Positions 1 through 11,082 are shown, counted from the first letter of the stretch. The stretch: DNA of 64,000 bases from an uncultured Bellilinea sp. (GCA_938040735.1 CALHYE010000010.1:14806-78805); one strand, 5' to 3'. Notes: generated by a model from the letters alone, not told the origin. Numbers and translations are program-made.

Positions 1-300
1 CGTTCTGCCACAGTTTCTACCCGTGTGTTTTCTTACGAGCCGGGCGCAGAAGAGCTGCTGGATGAGATTATTCCCCGCTTCACTGCTTTACAGATTTATC
101 AAGCCATTTTATCCGCACAGGCAAGCGAACACGCCGCTCGCATGGTTGCCATGCGGAATGCAACCGACAGCGCGAAAGAATTGGTCGGCGCATTGCAAAT
201 TGAATACAACAAAGCCAGACAGGCTTCGATTACGAATGACATTCTGGACATTACCGGAGGCGCTGAAGCGCTTGCCCAGGCAATGACGGAAAGAGCATAA
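1..300 (+). CDS. atpG: F0F1 ATP synthase gamma subunit, C-terminal part (5' truncated by window)
   Basis: Contains ASEHAARMVAMRNATD and YNKARQASIT, the conserved gamma C-terminus; frame is open from base 1; directly precedes atpD. Confidence 0.96.
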   Translation, partial: RSATVSTRVFSYEPGAEELLDEIIPRFTALQIYQAILSAQASEHAARMVAMRNATDSAKELVGALQIEYNKARQASITNDILDITGGAEALAQAMTERA

Positions 301-311
301 GCCAACTTTGA

Positions 312-1733
<1,422 letters not shown>

Positions 1734-1745
1734 GAGAGACCACCC

Positions 1746-2180
1746 ATGCCAATTCACTGTGAAATAATTTCTCAGGATCGGATAGTCTATCAGGACGATG
1801 TGGACATCGTTGTGTTGCCGGGGGTAGAGGGTGTGATGGGTATTTTGCCGAATCATGCTCCTCTATTGACGACTTTAAAGTACGGTATTATTACCGTCCG
1901 CAAAAAGAGCGAAGAGCAATACTTCACAGTGGCTGGCGGTGTGGCGGAGGTGCTTCCGGAAGAAGTGATCATTCTAGCCGATGCGGCTGAAAATGTGATG
2001 GAAATCAATCTTGCGCGTGCCGAAGAGGCTCGTCGTCGGGCGGAAGAATTGCTCAGTAAAATCAGCGATGTAGATACGGACGAGTATCTGGCGGCACAGG
2101 CGGCTTTGCGTCGAAGCACCTTGCGAATCAGCGCTGCACAACGTTATCGCAGCGGGCAGCCCCGAATAGGCGGCGGTTAA
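1746..2180 (+). CDS. atpC: F0F1 ATP synthase epsilon subunit
   Basis: GILPNHAPL motif; follows atpD; C-terminal helical hairpin. Confidence 0.96.
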   Translation: MPIHCEIISQDRIVYQDDVDIVVLPGVEGVMGILPNHAPLLTTLKYGIITVRKKSEEQYFTVAGGVAEVLPEEVIILADAAENVMEINLARAEEARRRAEELLSKISDVDTDEYLAAQAALRRSTLRISAAQRYRSGQPRIGGG

Positions 2181-2185
2181 GACAT

Positions 2186-2197
2186 TCGGGGTATAAT
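2186..2197 (+). promoter_or_regulatory. Putative sigma70 -10 box (TATAAT at 2192-2197) for the mreB paralog
   Basis: Perfect TATAAT about 60 nt upstream of the ATG; no clear -35. Confidence 0.45.
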
Positions 2198-2256
2198 CAA
2201 ATTTGGGTGCTTTTAGTGGGCATCTCATCTTTATGAACGGAAGGAAATAGAGCGAC

Positions 2257-3264
2257 ATGCCTGCATTTTCAAGGGAATTGGGCATTGATTTGGGCACGCT
2301 CAATACGGTCATCGCGGAAGGCAGCCAGGTTTTATTGCAAGAGCCAACCGTGGTTGCGATTGTGGTTGAAGAACAAAAGATGGTCGAGTGGGGGCAGGCC
2401 GCCAGGGACATGATGGGACGGGTTTCTGAGAGCATCGAAGTGGTGCGGCCTTTGCGGCATGGCGTAATTGCCGAATTTGAAATAACCGAGAATTTATTGC
2501 AATATCTCGTCAAGAAAATTTGCGGGCCGATGCTGATTTTTCGTCCCAGAATTATCATCACCGTCCCGTACGGGATTACCAGCGTAGAAACCCGGGCTGT
2601 GCATGAGGCAGGTTTGGGTACAGGTAGCCGTGAAGTTTTACTGATCAAGCAGCCGCTGGCCGCGGCATTGGGAATCGACTTACCCATCAATACACCATCC
2701 GGGAATATGATTATTTCGTTAGGGGGTGGGACAAATCAGGTCGCTATCCTGGCAATGAATGACATTGTCACCGCAGAGACCTCACGCACCGGCGGTTTGC
2801 GGATGGATGAAGCGATTATTGATTACGTCCGAAAGAAATTTGGGGTGATCATCGGACAAACTACCGCCGAACTGCTTAAAATTCGGATTGGAGCAGCTCT
2901 TCCATTGGAACAACAGCTGACGATGGAAGTGCAAGGTCAGGATCAGGTTAGCGGTTTGCCCAGACCGGTCAGTCTAACCACTGATGATATTGTGGATGCT
3001 CTCCAAGAACCTTTGGATGAAATTGTCGGGCTGGTCAGGCGGGTTTTGGAAAAAACTCCACCCGAATTGATCTCCGATATTATTGATCGTGGTGTGGCGC
3101 TGTGTGGCGGAGGGGCATTACTGCGGGGTATGGATAAATTCCTGACCAAATCATTGGGTATTCCTGCCTATCTGGTAGATAATCCGCTCACCTGCACCGC
3201 CGAAGGCGCTTGCCGGGCATTGGCAATGAGGGATACGCTGCGGCGGAGTTTGATTAATTTCTAA
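2257..3264 (+). CDS. mreB: MreB/Mbl-family actin-like rod-shape protein (divergent active site)
   Basis: GIDLGT, EPTVVA, RPLRHGVIA, LEKTPPEL and LCGGGALL motifs; no mreC/mreD adjacent. Confidence 0.92.
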   Translation: MPAFSRELGIDLGTLNTVIAEGSQVLLQEPTVVAIVVEEQKMVEWGQAARDMMGRVSESIEVVRPLRHGVIAEFEITENLLQYLVKKICGPMLIFRPRIIITVPYGITSVETRAVHEAGLGTGSREVLLIKQPLAAALGIDLPINTPSGNMIISLGGGTNQVAILAMNDIVTAETSRTGGLRMDEAIIDYVRKKFGVIIGQTTAELLKIRIGAALPLEQQLTMEVQGQDQVSGLPRPVSLTTDDIVDALQEPLDEIVGLVRRVLEKTPPELISDIIDRGVALCGGGALLRGMDKFLTKSLGIPAYLVDNPLTCTAEGACRALAMRDTLRRSLINF

Positions 3265-3282
3265 GGGTTTCTGCACCTTATA

Positions 3283-3903
3283 TTAATCTAAGTAATAAGT
3301 CATATGCTGCAGCTTGATGATCGGGTCAATATTCTCCACGTGAATTTCGTTCGGTAAATTGAGGCTGATGGGGGCGTAGTTAAGGATGGCGCGAATGCCA
3401 GCATCCACCAATTCCTCCGCCACGCTTTGTGCGACGGATGCTGGAACGGTCAACATGGCTATTTTGATTCCCAATTGGGGGATAATCCTTTTCATTTCCC
3501 GGCTGTCTTGAATGATCAGGCCGGCGACCTCTTTGCCAATTTTCTCGGGGTCATTATCGAAAGCAGCCGTGATACGAAAACCGTGTTCGGCAAATCCTTG
3601 ATAGCGGGCAAGCGCATTGCCCAAATCCCCCATCCCGACTAAGGCAAGATCCCATATCGTGGTTAATTTCAAGATGGCTTGCAACTGTTCAACCAGATAG
3701 GCCACTGAGTAACCCGTGCCTTGCTTGCCAAACTCGCCAAACTGAGAAAGATCCTTGCGAATCTGGGCAGCAGAAATGCCAATCGCTTCCCCCAGCTCCT
3801 GCGAAGATGTGGTTTTGATCCCTTCGCGGTGCATATGCTCCAGGGCTTGTAGATAGCGGGGCAGCCTCCCTACAACAATATCGGGGACGGTTCTGGTGAT
3901 CAT
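3283..3903 (-). CDS. rex: Redox-sensing transcriptional repressor Rex
   Basis: RLPRY, SSQELG, QIRKDLSQFGEFGKQGTGY winged HTH; Rossmann VGMGDLG; ILNYAP. Confidence 0.97.
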   Translation of the reverse strand: MITRTVPDIVVGRLPRYLQALEHMHREGIKTTSSQELGEAIGISAAQIRKDLSQFGEFGKQGTGYSVAYLVEQLQAILKLTTIWDLALVGMGDLGNALARYQGFAEHGFRITAAFDNDPEKIGKEVAGLIIQDSREMKRIIPQLGIKIAMLTVPASVAQSVAEELVDAGIRAILNYAPISLNLPNEIHVENIDPIIKLQHMTYYLD

Positions 3904-3972
3904 TTGACCTCGCGGTTAACCATGATTAGACTTGACTTATTTTGTTTTAATTTTACATTAACTATCCGTTTT

Positions 3973-3990
3973 TTGTGTGCATTTTCACAG
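3973..3990. promoter_or_regulatory. Putative Rex operator upstream of rex
   Basis: TTGTG-TGCATTTT-CACAG matches the Rex consensus TTGTG-N8-CACAA; 70 bp upstream of rex. Confidence 0.65.
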
Positions 3991-4019
3991 AAAAAACGCT
4001 TGGCTGCATGCCAAGCGTT
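3991..4019 (-). terminator. Rho-independent terminator of the zinc metallopeptidase gene
   Basis: On - strand: AACGCTTGGC-loop-GCCAAGCG followed by TTTTTT. Confidence 0.75.
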
Positions 4020-4044
4020 CAAAGAGGTTATCCAGAAAGTTAGC

Positions 4045-4752
4045 TTAATCTCGATTGCGTCCAGTCAGGAGAAATACGTAATAAAGGATTGTGGAAATTG
4101 CCTGAACCGCGGCAGCCACGTAAGTCAATGCGGCGGCATCCAACACACTATTCACACCGCGGATCTCTTCGTTGTAAATAGCCCCAGAGGTGGATAACCA
4201 GGCTTTGGCGCGGCGCGAGGCGTCAAATTCCACGGGGAGCGTTACCAGAGCAAATACGGCTGCCAGGGCAAATAATCCAATACCCAACCAGGCAATGGAT
4301 GTGCCAATCGTCGGCGAGAGGAAGAAGCCAATGATAAAGATAATCGGACCGAGCCAGCTTCCAAGTTGAACTCCGGGTACCAATGCGGAGCGGAGTTGGA
4401 GCATAGTATACCCGCTGGCATCCTGAATGGCGTGACCGGCTTCATGGGCGGCTACACCAGCGGCAGCAACGCTGTTGCTTTGGTAAACTTGCGGGCTGAG
4501 GCGTAAGACTTTTGCGCGCGGGTCGTAGTGATCGCTCAAAAACCCGCGAGATTGCTCTACCCGAACATGCGATAAACCGACCGAATCGAGCATGCGGCGG
4601 GCAATTTGAGCGCCGCTCAAACCTGCATAAGTTCGTACCCGCGAAAACTTATTAAACGCGCTTTGCACCCGGATTTGAGCCCAAAAACCTAAAATCAAGG
4701 CCGGTAGTGAAAAGAGGATGTATAAACCGTATCCTCCAAACATCAGTTCCAT
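4045..4752 (-). CDS. Membrane zinc metallopeptidase (YugP / Zn_peptidase_2 family)
   Basis: LSDHYDP, AAHEAGHAIQ (HExxH), TLPVEFDASRRA and AALTYVA motifs. Confidence 0.92.
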   Translation of the reverse strand: MELMFGGYGLYILFSLPALILGFWAQIRVQSAFNKFSRVRTYAGLSGAQIARRMLDSVGLSHVRVEQSRGFLSDHYDPRAKVLRLSPQVYQSNSVAAAGVAAHEAGHAIQDASGYTMLQLRSALVPGVQLGSWLGPIIFIIGFFLSPTIGTSIAWLGIGLFALAAVFALVTLPVEFDASRRAKAWLSTSGAIYNEEIRGVNSVLDAAALTYVAAAVQAISTILYYVFLLTGRNRD

Positions 4753-4862
4753 CTTTTAATCCTCCGTGTTGACATTTTGATTTCGCTTTGACCAGATTAT
4801 CGAAATCATTTATACCAGACAAGTATTAGTAGAATGTTAACAAAGGATAGATTAAAAATTAG

Positions 4863-4934
4863 TGCGCCCGCCGAGACTCGAACTCGGGCTCTTACCTCCG
4901 GAGGGTAATGTGATGTCCACTTCACTACGGGCGC
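4863..4934 (-). tRNA. tRNA-Arg (anticodon CCG), CCA not encoded
   Basis: Reverse complement GCGCCCG-TAGTGAAGTGGACATCAC-A-TTACC-CTCCGGA-GGTAA-GAGC-CCGAG-TTCGAGT-CTCGG-CGGGCGC-A folds into a cloverleaf. Confidence 0.96.
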
Positions 4935-5000
4935 AAAATCATCTTATTTTGTTGTGCCTAGATTTTACCACGCTTTCGGTTGAGAACAAGATTTTTGAAA

Positions 5001-5987
5001 TTAACGGATCATTTGGCTTAATTCCGCCAATTCGCTGCGCAGTTGAGCAATTATTTTCAGATTGCCCCCCTCATCACCCATGCGCTGGAATTGATGTTTC
5101 TTATGGGCGAGTTCAGCGCAAAGTTGATAAAAATGAGAAATTGTACGGAAAGAAGGCTTTCCCAGATGCTTCACTAATGCTTTCAGCCGGGCAATTATGG
5201 AGAAGGACTTAAGGTATTGCTCCAAGGTAATGATGCCCAATTGCACTTCCTCCATCAGTTCCGATTGAATCAACTTTTTTTCATGGTAAATTACATATAG
5301 GATGAAAATGCTCAGGCCGATCCAGCCAGTCCAATCAAATACCGTTCCAACCACAATGCCGGCTACGCCAGGGATTAGCGCAGGTATGGTGTTGTGGATG
5401 CTGTGCAACAGGATTGAAGCGATAAGCCCTGTAATCGGAAAGAAAAGTCTCTTTAACCAATCCGAACTTAAGCGGGCAAGAGCCAACCCAATTCCAAAAA
5501 AAGCGGTATAGAACGGATGCTGCCAGCCCACCAGTATCACCCGAATGAAGACCAGTGTAAATAAACCGGGATATCCGCTTTCCAAAAACCCATAATTGTA
5601 GATATAGTAGGTGTTTTCGGTAGCCGCAAAGCCCAGCGCGGTGATACCGGCATAGACAATTCCATCCAGAACGGAGTCGAACTCTTTACGGTAAAAGTAA
5701 AAGACAATTAAGACCGCCATGCCCTTCAAAATCTCTTCAATGAGGGGTGCGATGACTGAGCCGGTTGTTTGTTGAGCGATGAGTTCTGAACCGGTAAGGA
5801 TAAATATGCCTGTTCCAAGCAGTGTGTTTATGAAGAAAGCAAAACCGGCAGCAACCACCGCTCCCCAAACAAACGCGCCTCCTAATAGATGACGGGGTTC
5901 TTTTTCAAAGCGGTCGAGCCAGTATACCAAAAGGGCAAACACCAACATGGGTGCAAAACCAAAAATTACGGAAAGGATAAAGCCCAT
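5001..5987 (-). CDS. PrsW-family intramembrane metalloprotease
   Basis: APLIEEILKG, GFAATEN, HP and LHSIHN motifs; multiple TM helices. Confidence 0.92.
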   Translation of the reverse strand: MGFILSVIFGFAPMLVFALLVYWLDRFEKEPRHLLGGAFVWGAVVAAGFAFFINTLLGTGIFILTGSELIAQQTTGSVIAPLIEEILKGMAVLIVFYFYRKEFDSVLDGIVYAGITALGFAATENTYYIYNYGFLESGYPGLFTLVFIRVILVGWQHPFYTAFFGIGLALARLSSDWLKRLFFPITGLIASILLHSIHNTIPALIPGVAGIVVGTVFDWTGWIGLSIFILYVIYHEKKLIQSELMEEVQLGIITLEQYLKSFSIIARLKALVKHLGKPSFRTISHFYQLCAELAHKKHQFQRMGDEGGNLKIIAQLRSELAELSQMIR

Positions 5988-6009
5988 GTTTTCTAAACTC
6001 CGCTATTAT

Positions 6010-7029
6010 TTAGATCGTTTCAAAAAGGCGGGCAATTTCATCCCGGTTAAATTTGGTCAGTAACTGCTTGCCGCTGGGAGTAATTAGGTGAACAGCCGGT
6101 TGCCCTTGTTCTACTTTACCAATAATGGTTGCAGAAATTCCATTTTCCTGTAAAGCGTTGACAATTGTTTGCCCCGAAGAGGAAGAAGCGGCAATCACGA
6201 GCGCTCCGGAAGCGAGCGTACCCATCGGGTCCAGTCCAAACACGGAACAAACTTTTTGCGAAATGGGTGGAATATAGACCCGAGAAGGTTCGATGACCAA
6301 AGTATTCTGACTGGCGTAAGCCAGCTCCCAGAGAGCAGTAGCCAGACCGCCCTCGGTTGGGTCGTGCATGGCATGGACTTCACCGGCGTTGACTGCAATT
6401 TCTGCGTCCCGGCTGACGGAAATGCCAGGGTCTTTCAGGAAGTTTTGGGCTTGAGAAATTTCCGCTTCACTCATGAGATGCGATAAGTTTTGCGGGAATT
6501 CTTTTGCCAAGAGCGCTGTGGCTTCGATGGGAATACCTTTGGTTAAAATCAAGACATCCCCGGGCTTTGTCCCGCGCGGAGTGATTAATTTTTCGCGATT
6601 CATTTCGGCAATCAGGGTGGTTACCAAAATTGGCCGCTCCAACCCACTGGTAATTTCCGTGTGCCCGCCGATCAGAACGATACCCATCTGCCGACAGGTT
6701 TGGCTGACCTCCTGAGCGATTTCATTCACCAGAGAAGGGGTGGTCTTTTTTTCTGGCAGCAACATCGTGAGCAACATCCATTGGGGTTTTGCGCCGGTTG
6801 TGGCAATGTCATTGGCGGCTATCTGGACGGCGTACCAGCCAATTTGACGGGTTGCGAATGTGATCGGTTCGCTTTTGAATACCAAGCAGCGATCGCCAAA
6901 ATCGACAACGGCACAGTCCAAACCAATACCCGGCCCTAGAATTACCCGTTCTGAGTCTGTGGGAAGGGTGTTAATGAGTTGTTGTAAGTATTCATGGGGA
7001 AGTTTTCCGAGCGGGAAGGTAAAGTTCAT
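6010..7029 (-). CDS. AIR synthase-related (PurM/HypE-like) ATP-dependent protein
   Basis: GIGLDCAV, ANDIATTGA, GGHTE and MHDPTEGGL motifs. Confidence 0.88.
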   Translation of the reverse strand: MNFTFPLGKLPHEYLQQLINTLPTDSERVILGPGIGLDCAVVDFGDRCLVFKSEPITFATRQIGWYAVQIAANDIATTGAKPQWMLLTMLLPEKKTTPSLVNEIAQEVSQTCRQMGIVLIGGHTEITSGLERPILVTTLIAEMNREKLITPRGTKPGDVLILTKGIPIEATALLAKEFPQNLSHLMSEAEISQAQNFLKDPGISVSRDAEIAVNAGEVHAMHDPTEGGLATALWELAYASQNTLVIEPSRVYIPPISQKVCSVFGLDPMGTLASGALVIAASSSSGQTIVNALQENGISATIIGKVEQGQPAVHLITPSGKQLLTKFNRDEIARLFETI

Positions 7030-7817
7030 GGTTCCTCGTCTTGGATGGTGGCAAAGCGTTGAATGACAGGCTTAATCCGGTCATAATGGGAGCCTTTCCA
7101 GTAAATTTGACCGCAATGAGAGCAACGACTGAAATCCTGGTAGTATAAACGGGTTAGTGGCAATAATTGATCGAGGATGGTTTGTTTATCCACCTTTTCT
7201 AACAAACCATTGCAGCGCGGGCAGCGGCTAAAAGGTTTGAGATGCGGGGCAAGTTGAAAATGATGGATGACCTCGGTTACCTGAGAAAGGGGATCGTCTT
7301 GACGCACGCAGTAACCATGCTGGATGACTTTTCTTTTCAACAATCCACGGTCACGGGTCAGTACAATTCGATTTTGTTGAGCGGAAATTTGAGCAATCTG
7401 ATCATCGTCATATTGATGGTTGTACAAAGTATCAATACCTAACAGGCGTAAATAGGCGGCCAATTTCCCCAAATGGTTGTCCAAAATAAACCTGGGGCAA
7501 TCCTTATTCTCAATGGCTTGTTCAATTTGCCTTGGGTAAATATGAATGTGATCACCGCGAATGGGATGATACGATAGATTAACCTCTTTCTGGTTGACAA
7601 GAGTTTTGCCAATTTCGGGATGAGGGACACCCAGCGCTTCGACGATGTGTTTTAAGCTGGTCTTTTCACGCATCTGAAAATGAGTGACAAAACTATCCGA
7701 TGGGGACTTGAAGAAATCGGTCAAATTTCCATGGAATACAACCGTAATCTCACCACGGTACAGGGAATCAGTAGACAAATTCGCGGATGTCATAGCGGCT
7801 GATATGGGGAGTGCCAC
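7026..7817 (-). CDS. Ubiquitin-like domain + Mut7-C RNase (PIN + Zn ribbon) protein; start uncertain (possibly 7793)
   Basis: N-terminal beta-grasp (SLKHIVEALGVPHPE...GDHIHIYP), FILDNHLGKLA, LTRDRGL, CPRC...CSHC and YWKGSH. Confidence 0.9.
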   Translation of the reverse strand: MALPISAAMTSANLSTDSLYRGEITVVFHGNLTDFFKSPSDSFVTHFQMREKTSLKHIVEALGVPHPEIGKTLVNQKEVNLSYHPIRGDHIHIYPRQIEQAIENKDCPRFILDNHLGKLAAYLRLLGIDTLYNHQYDDDQIAQISAQQNRIVLTRDRGLLKRKVIQHGYCVRQDDPLSQVTEVIHHFQLAPHLKPFSRCPRCNGLLEKVDKQTILDQLLPLTRLYYQDFSRCSHCGQIYWKGSHYDRIKPVIQRFATIQDEEP

Positions 7818-8976
7818 CTTCCAGGCCGAAAACCAGTTGGTTTTCGATGGCTTCGCCTTGTTTAATACGTTCCTCAGCGCTCAATGGCTGAAGCGAGGTT
7901 TGGTAAGCGTTTTGGACATAGGGCAGATTTTCGTTTTCGACCAGCTCCGAAAAGTAAATCAGGTCTTCGGAATCTAATGGCATGGCATTAATCACGTTGA
8001 TCGTGTCCTGGATGTGAGGTTCTGCATAAGTTTTACCGCCTGCGCCAAGTAACACAATGATTCCAACGGCTACTCCACCGGCCTTGATATTCCGGACGGC
8101 TTGAAGAACATCTTGTGGAGCGCCAGGCTTGCGTAAAAATTTGAGCAATGGTTCGTGTCCCGATTCCATCCCGATATAGACTCGTTTTAAGCCCAATTCA
8201 GCCAGGTGGGCAAAATCCTTAGGGGTTTTACGCTCCCCGCTGAAGCCGTCCAGGAAGGCAAATATACCCCCCAACCTTTCAACATCGAGTTCCTCGTGAA
8301 TAATCTCAAAATGGCGAATCAGGCGAGGCATAGGAATAACCAGCGCATTTGCATCGCCGAGGAAAATTGTACGCCGCAGGCTGAGGCCGTCTCCTAAAAA
8401 TTCCTTTACGGATCGGATATGCTCGCGGAACTCGTCCTCGCGCTTAATCCGGAAAGGGCGGTCGCGGTAAAAGTCGCAAAATGTACAGGTATTGAAGGAA
8501 CAGCCTTCGGCAGCCTGTAAAACCACGGAAATATATTGGTCCGGAGGCAGGATTCCGACGGGTTTATAAACCTGATGATACTTCAAGGCATCCGCTTTAG
8601 AAAGCGAATTGTCGAACGAGGCTGCGGTTTGTAAGTCCCGCCATCCTTTTTCGTCCAAAGGCGGGTTGAGATCGATCTGGTTTTTGCGTAAATTTAGTAA
8701 CAGATTGTTTAAGAGGTCATGGCCGCGCTGAATCAAATCGGCAGATTCTTCCTGCGAAAGCCATCGGCGATGGCGGGTTTTATCGGGGGTTTGCCATTTG
8801 GCTACCACCTTACCGTCTAATCCGCGTCGGTAGGATATTTCTTCTACCAGCGCTGTCCACAACCGCCCGGCCAGGTCGTAACTGAAAACTTCTTTGCTGC
8901 CAATACTAATGGTTAGGCAATTGGTCTTTACGCTGATGGTAACCGATTGGTTTTTCCAGTAACCTTGATGAACCAT
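7768..8976 (-). CDS. Radical SAM protein
   Basis: GCSFNTCTFC cluster motif, FLGDANAL, YIGMESG. Confidence 0.9.
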   Translation of the reverse strand: MVHQGYWKNQSVTISVKTNCLTISIGSKEVFSYDLAGRLWTALVEEISYRRGLDGKVVAKWQTPDKTRHRRWLSQEESADLIQRGHDLLNNLLLNLRKNQIDLNPPLDEKGWRDLQTAASFDNSLSKADALKYHQVYKPVGILPPDQYISVVLQAAEGCSFNTCTFCDFYRDRPFRIKREDEFREHIRSVKEFLGDGLSLRRTIFLGDANALVIPMPRLIRHFEIIHEELDVERLGGIFAFLDGFSGERKTPKDFAHLAELGLKRVYIGMESGHEPLLKFLRKPGAPQDVLQAVRNIKAGGVAVGIIVLLGAGGKTYAEPHIQDTINVINAMPLDSEDLIYFSELVENENLPYVQNAYQTSLQPLSAEERIKQGEAIENQLVFGLEGGTPHISRYDIREFVY

Positions 8977-9083
8977 AGATTAAGAAAATTTGAACGGTAT
9001 AATATGCAGGCGCTCGAAAAGGTATTGTGAATTATATACTAAATACCAACCTGCCTCGCCAATCGTGAAAGGAAATTGGTTAT

Positions 9084-9791
9084 ATGCGTATTTTGTTCAT
9101 CCGACATGCTCAATCAACCAATAACTTGCTCTGGGATCAGACGGGCAGTAATGACGGCCGTTCCAGCGACCCGACCTTGTCCGAATTGGGGATCAAGCAA
9201 TCTCTGGCTTTACGGGATCATTTCGGACGGTATTTGTCAATGAAGGCTGCCGTTCAATTTCCCGATTTGAAAAATATTTACCTTTATAGCAGTTTAATGT
9301 GGCGCTCCCTTCAAACGGCTCAACCCATTGCGGATCGGTACAATTTGCCGATTTTAGGACTGCGGGATTTACACGAGGTTGGCGGTGTATATCTCAAAGA
9401 TCCCGAAACTGAACTCAATGTTGGCTTACCCGGCAAGAAACCGAGTGAACTGAAAATGGCGTATCCGCGTTTGCAGTTCGTTGAAGAACTGGATGGGCAG
9501 GGTTGGTATAACGCTTCTTATGAGTTGGATGAGCAGGCTCACCAAAGGGCGAAACGTGTGGTAAATTGGCTGATGGAGCAGCATCGAAATACCGATCATG
9601 TGGTTGTGTTGATCAGCCATGGGGCTTTTTTTAATTACTTTATGAACGAACTCTTAGGGATAACTCCCCCCTATCAGGGCTGGTTTGTCATGAATAATAC
9701 GGGGGTAACTCAAATTGAGGTAGAGAAAGAAGAACTGTATATTCTCTTTATCAATCGGATTGACCACTTGCCGGTTGATTGGATAAGTTAG
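9084..9791 (+). CDS. Histidine phosphatase (phosphoglycerate mutase-like)
   Basis: FIRHAQS, SSLMWRSLQTA and LISHG motifs. Confidence 0.9.
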   Translation: MRILFIRHAQSTNNLLWDQTGSNDGRSSDPTLSELGIKQSLALRDHFGRYLSMKAAVQFPDLKNIYLYSSLMWRSLQTAQPIADRYNLPILGLRDLHEVGGVYLKDPETELNVGLPGKKPSELKMAYPRLQFVEELDGQGWYNASYELDEQAHQRAKRVVNWLMEQHRNTDHVVVLISHGAFFNYFMNELLGITPPYQGWFVMNNTGVTQIEVEKEELYILFINRIDHLPVDWIS

Positions 9792-9807
9792 GATGCCCAG
9801 GAGGGGC

Positions 9808-11082
9808 TCAATGGGCTTGAAGGGGCTGGTTGTGGATAAAAGATAATTGACGGTTTCGCCAGAACATAAAGAAACCGATTAATTGCAATACCCCCCCAAC
9901 GATTAGAGCGGCGCTGATTCCCGCAAGGTCGGCAATGAATGTGCCGATGAGCGGAGAGAGGATGGAAGAGACATATTGCAGACCCTGGGCAATCGAAACA
10001 AAGGTGGCGCTAAATTCAGAGGGAACGGTTTTCATGAGTTCATCGAAGAAGACCAGATTCAAACCGGCTTGAAAAATTCCGTTGATTCCTGCAAACAGGG
10101 TGATTAAAACAACATTGTGTGTGGTGGCAACCAGGATTGGATAAATGGCTGCCCCTAAGGTCGTCCAGAGTAATACGCTGCGCGAACCGCGCCGGCGCGA
10201 CTGCTGAGTCCAAAAAAAGTAGCCTACAATTACGATGGCGGTTTGAGCGGTGTTAATGGTTGCAATCCAACTGTTGCTGGCCTGAACCTCGCGGACAAAA
10301 TAAAGCGGGAAAAGGGGTAGAGTCAAAGCAGCGCCAGAGAGAAAAACGAAACGCTTGATGACAAACGACTGAAAGGGTTTTTGAATGCTTAGAAGGGTCA
10401 GATATTCATGGAACGTTTGACGGAGGGGTTTTTTCCCACCGTGGTTTTGTTTTTGAAAATCGGGTAGTTGAATGTGGGAAGAAAAATAATAACTGATCAA
10501 TCCTCCGATCGAAAGGAAGATAAAAATTGCCTGAAAGTTAGTGGGGAAGGTGATGCGATCCAAAAATTGACCAATGATAAAGACTGACACCGCGGTGGTT
10601 ACTCCCAAAATAGACCAGCGACGGGTCATCAATTCATAGCGGAGATTTGGGCCGGCCACAGCATTCATGACCACCGAAAAGGAGATGTTCAACAGGGTTT
10701 GGGGGATGGTGGCCAATGCCCAAACAACCAAAATGCCCGTAATTAATGGCTGACCTTGCAGCAAGAAAGCCAGAACCCCGGTCAGGGCATAACTCATGAT
10801 GACACCCAAACGGGCAAGGCTGAACCACGGGATGATCTTCTTTTGATTTTGTAAAAACTGCCCCATCGGAATTGCCAGAATCAAACCGGCTAAAGCGGGC
10901 ATGGAGGTTAATAGACCAATTTCATACGAGGTTGCCCCCAGTCGGGTGAGAAAAACCGGTAAAAACGGGGCAGCGGCATTGGCAAGCCCGACACCAATGG
11001 CATCAATTTGTACATTGGTGAAATTTTTGGATTGAACTTTATCCAACTCCGAAGGATTTGAAAATAATCTTTTGAGGTTCAC
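9808..11082 (-). CDS. MFS transporter
   Basis: 424 aa with about 12 hydrophobic helices in two bundles. Confidence 0.85.
   Translation of the reverse strand: MNLKRLFSNPSELDKVQSKNFTNVQIDAIGVGLANAAAPFLPVFLTRLGATSYEIGLLTSMPALAGLILAIPMGQFLQNQKKIIPWFSLARLGVIMSYALTGVLAFLLQGQPLITGILVVWALATIPQTLLNISFSVVMNAVAGPNLRYELMTRRWSILGVTTAVSVFIIGQFLDRITFPTNFQAIFIFLSIGGLISYYFSSHIQLPDFQKQNHGGKKPLRQTFHEYLTLLSIQKPFQSFVIKRFVFLSGAALTLPLFPLYFVREVQASNSWIATINTAQTAIVIVGYFFWTQQSRRRGSRSVLLWTTLGAAIYPILVATTHNVVLITLFAGINGIFQAGLNLVFFDELMKTVPSEFSATFVSIAQGLQYVSSILSPLIGTFIADLAGISAALIVGGVLQLIGFFMFWRNRQLSFIHNQPLQAH

Noticed and set aside
3942-3959. Second Rex box upstream of rex
   Set aside because: Half-site spacing is off by one and the match is poor
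4863-4934. tRNA-Arg as an integration site for a genomic island
   Set aside because: No integrase, no duplicated tRNA 3' end seen, and the flanking genes look like ordinary chromosomal genes
4862-5212. 116-aa + strand ORF
   Set aside because: It is the antisense reading of the tRNA and of the prsW 3' end
6010-7029. Selenophosphate synthetase SelD or true HypE
   Set aside because: No N-terminal Cys/Sec-x-x-Lys motif and no C-terminal PRIC; only the general PurM-like fold is supported
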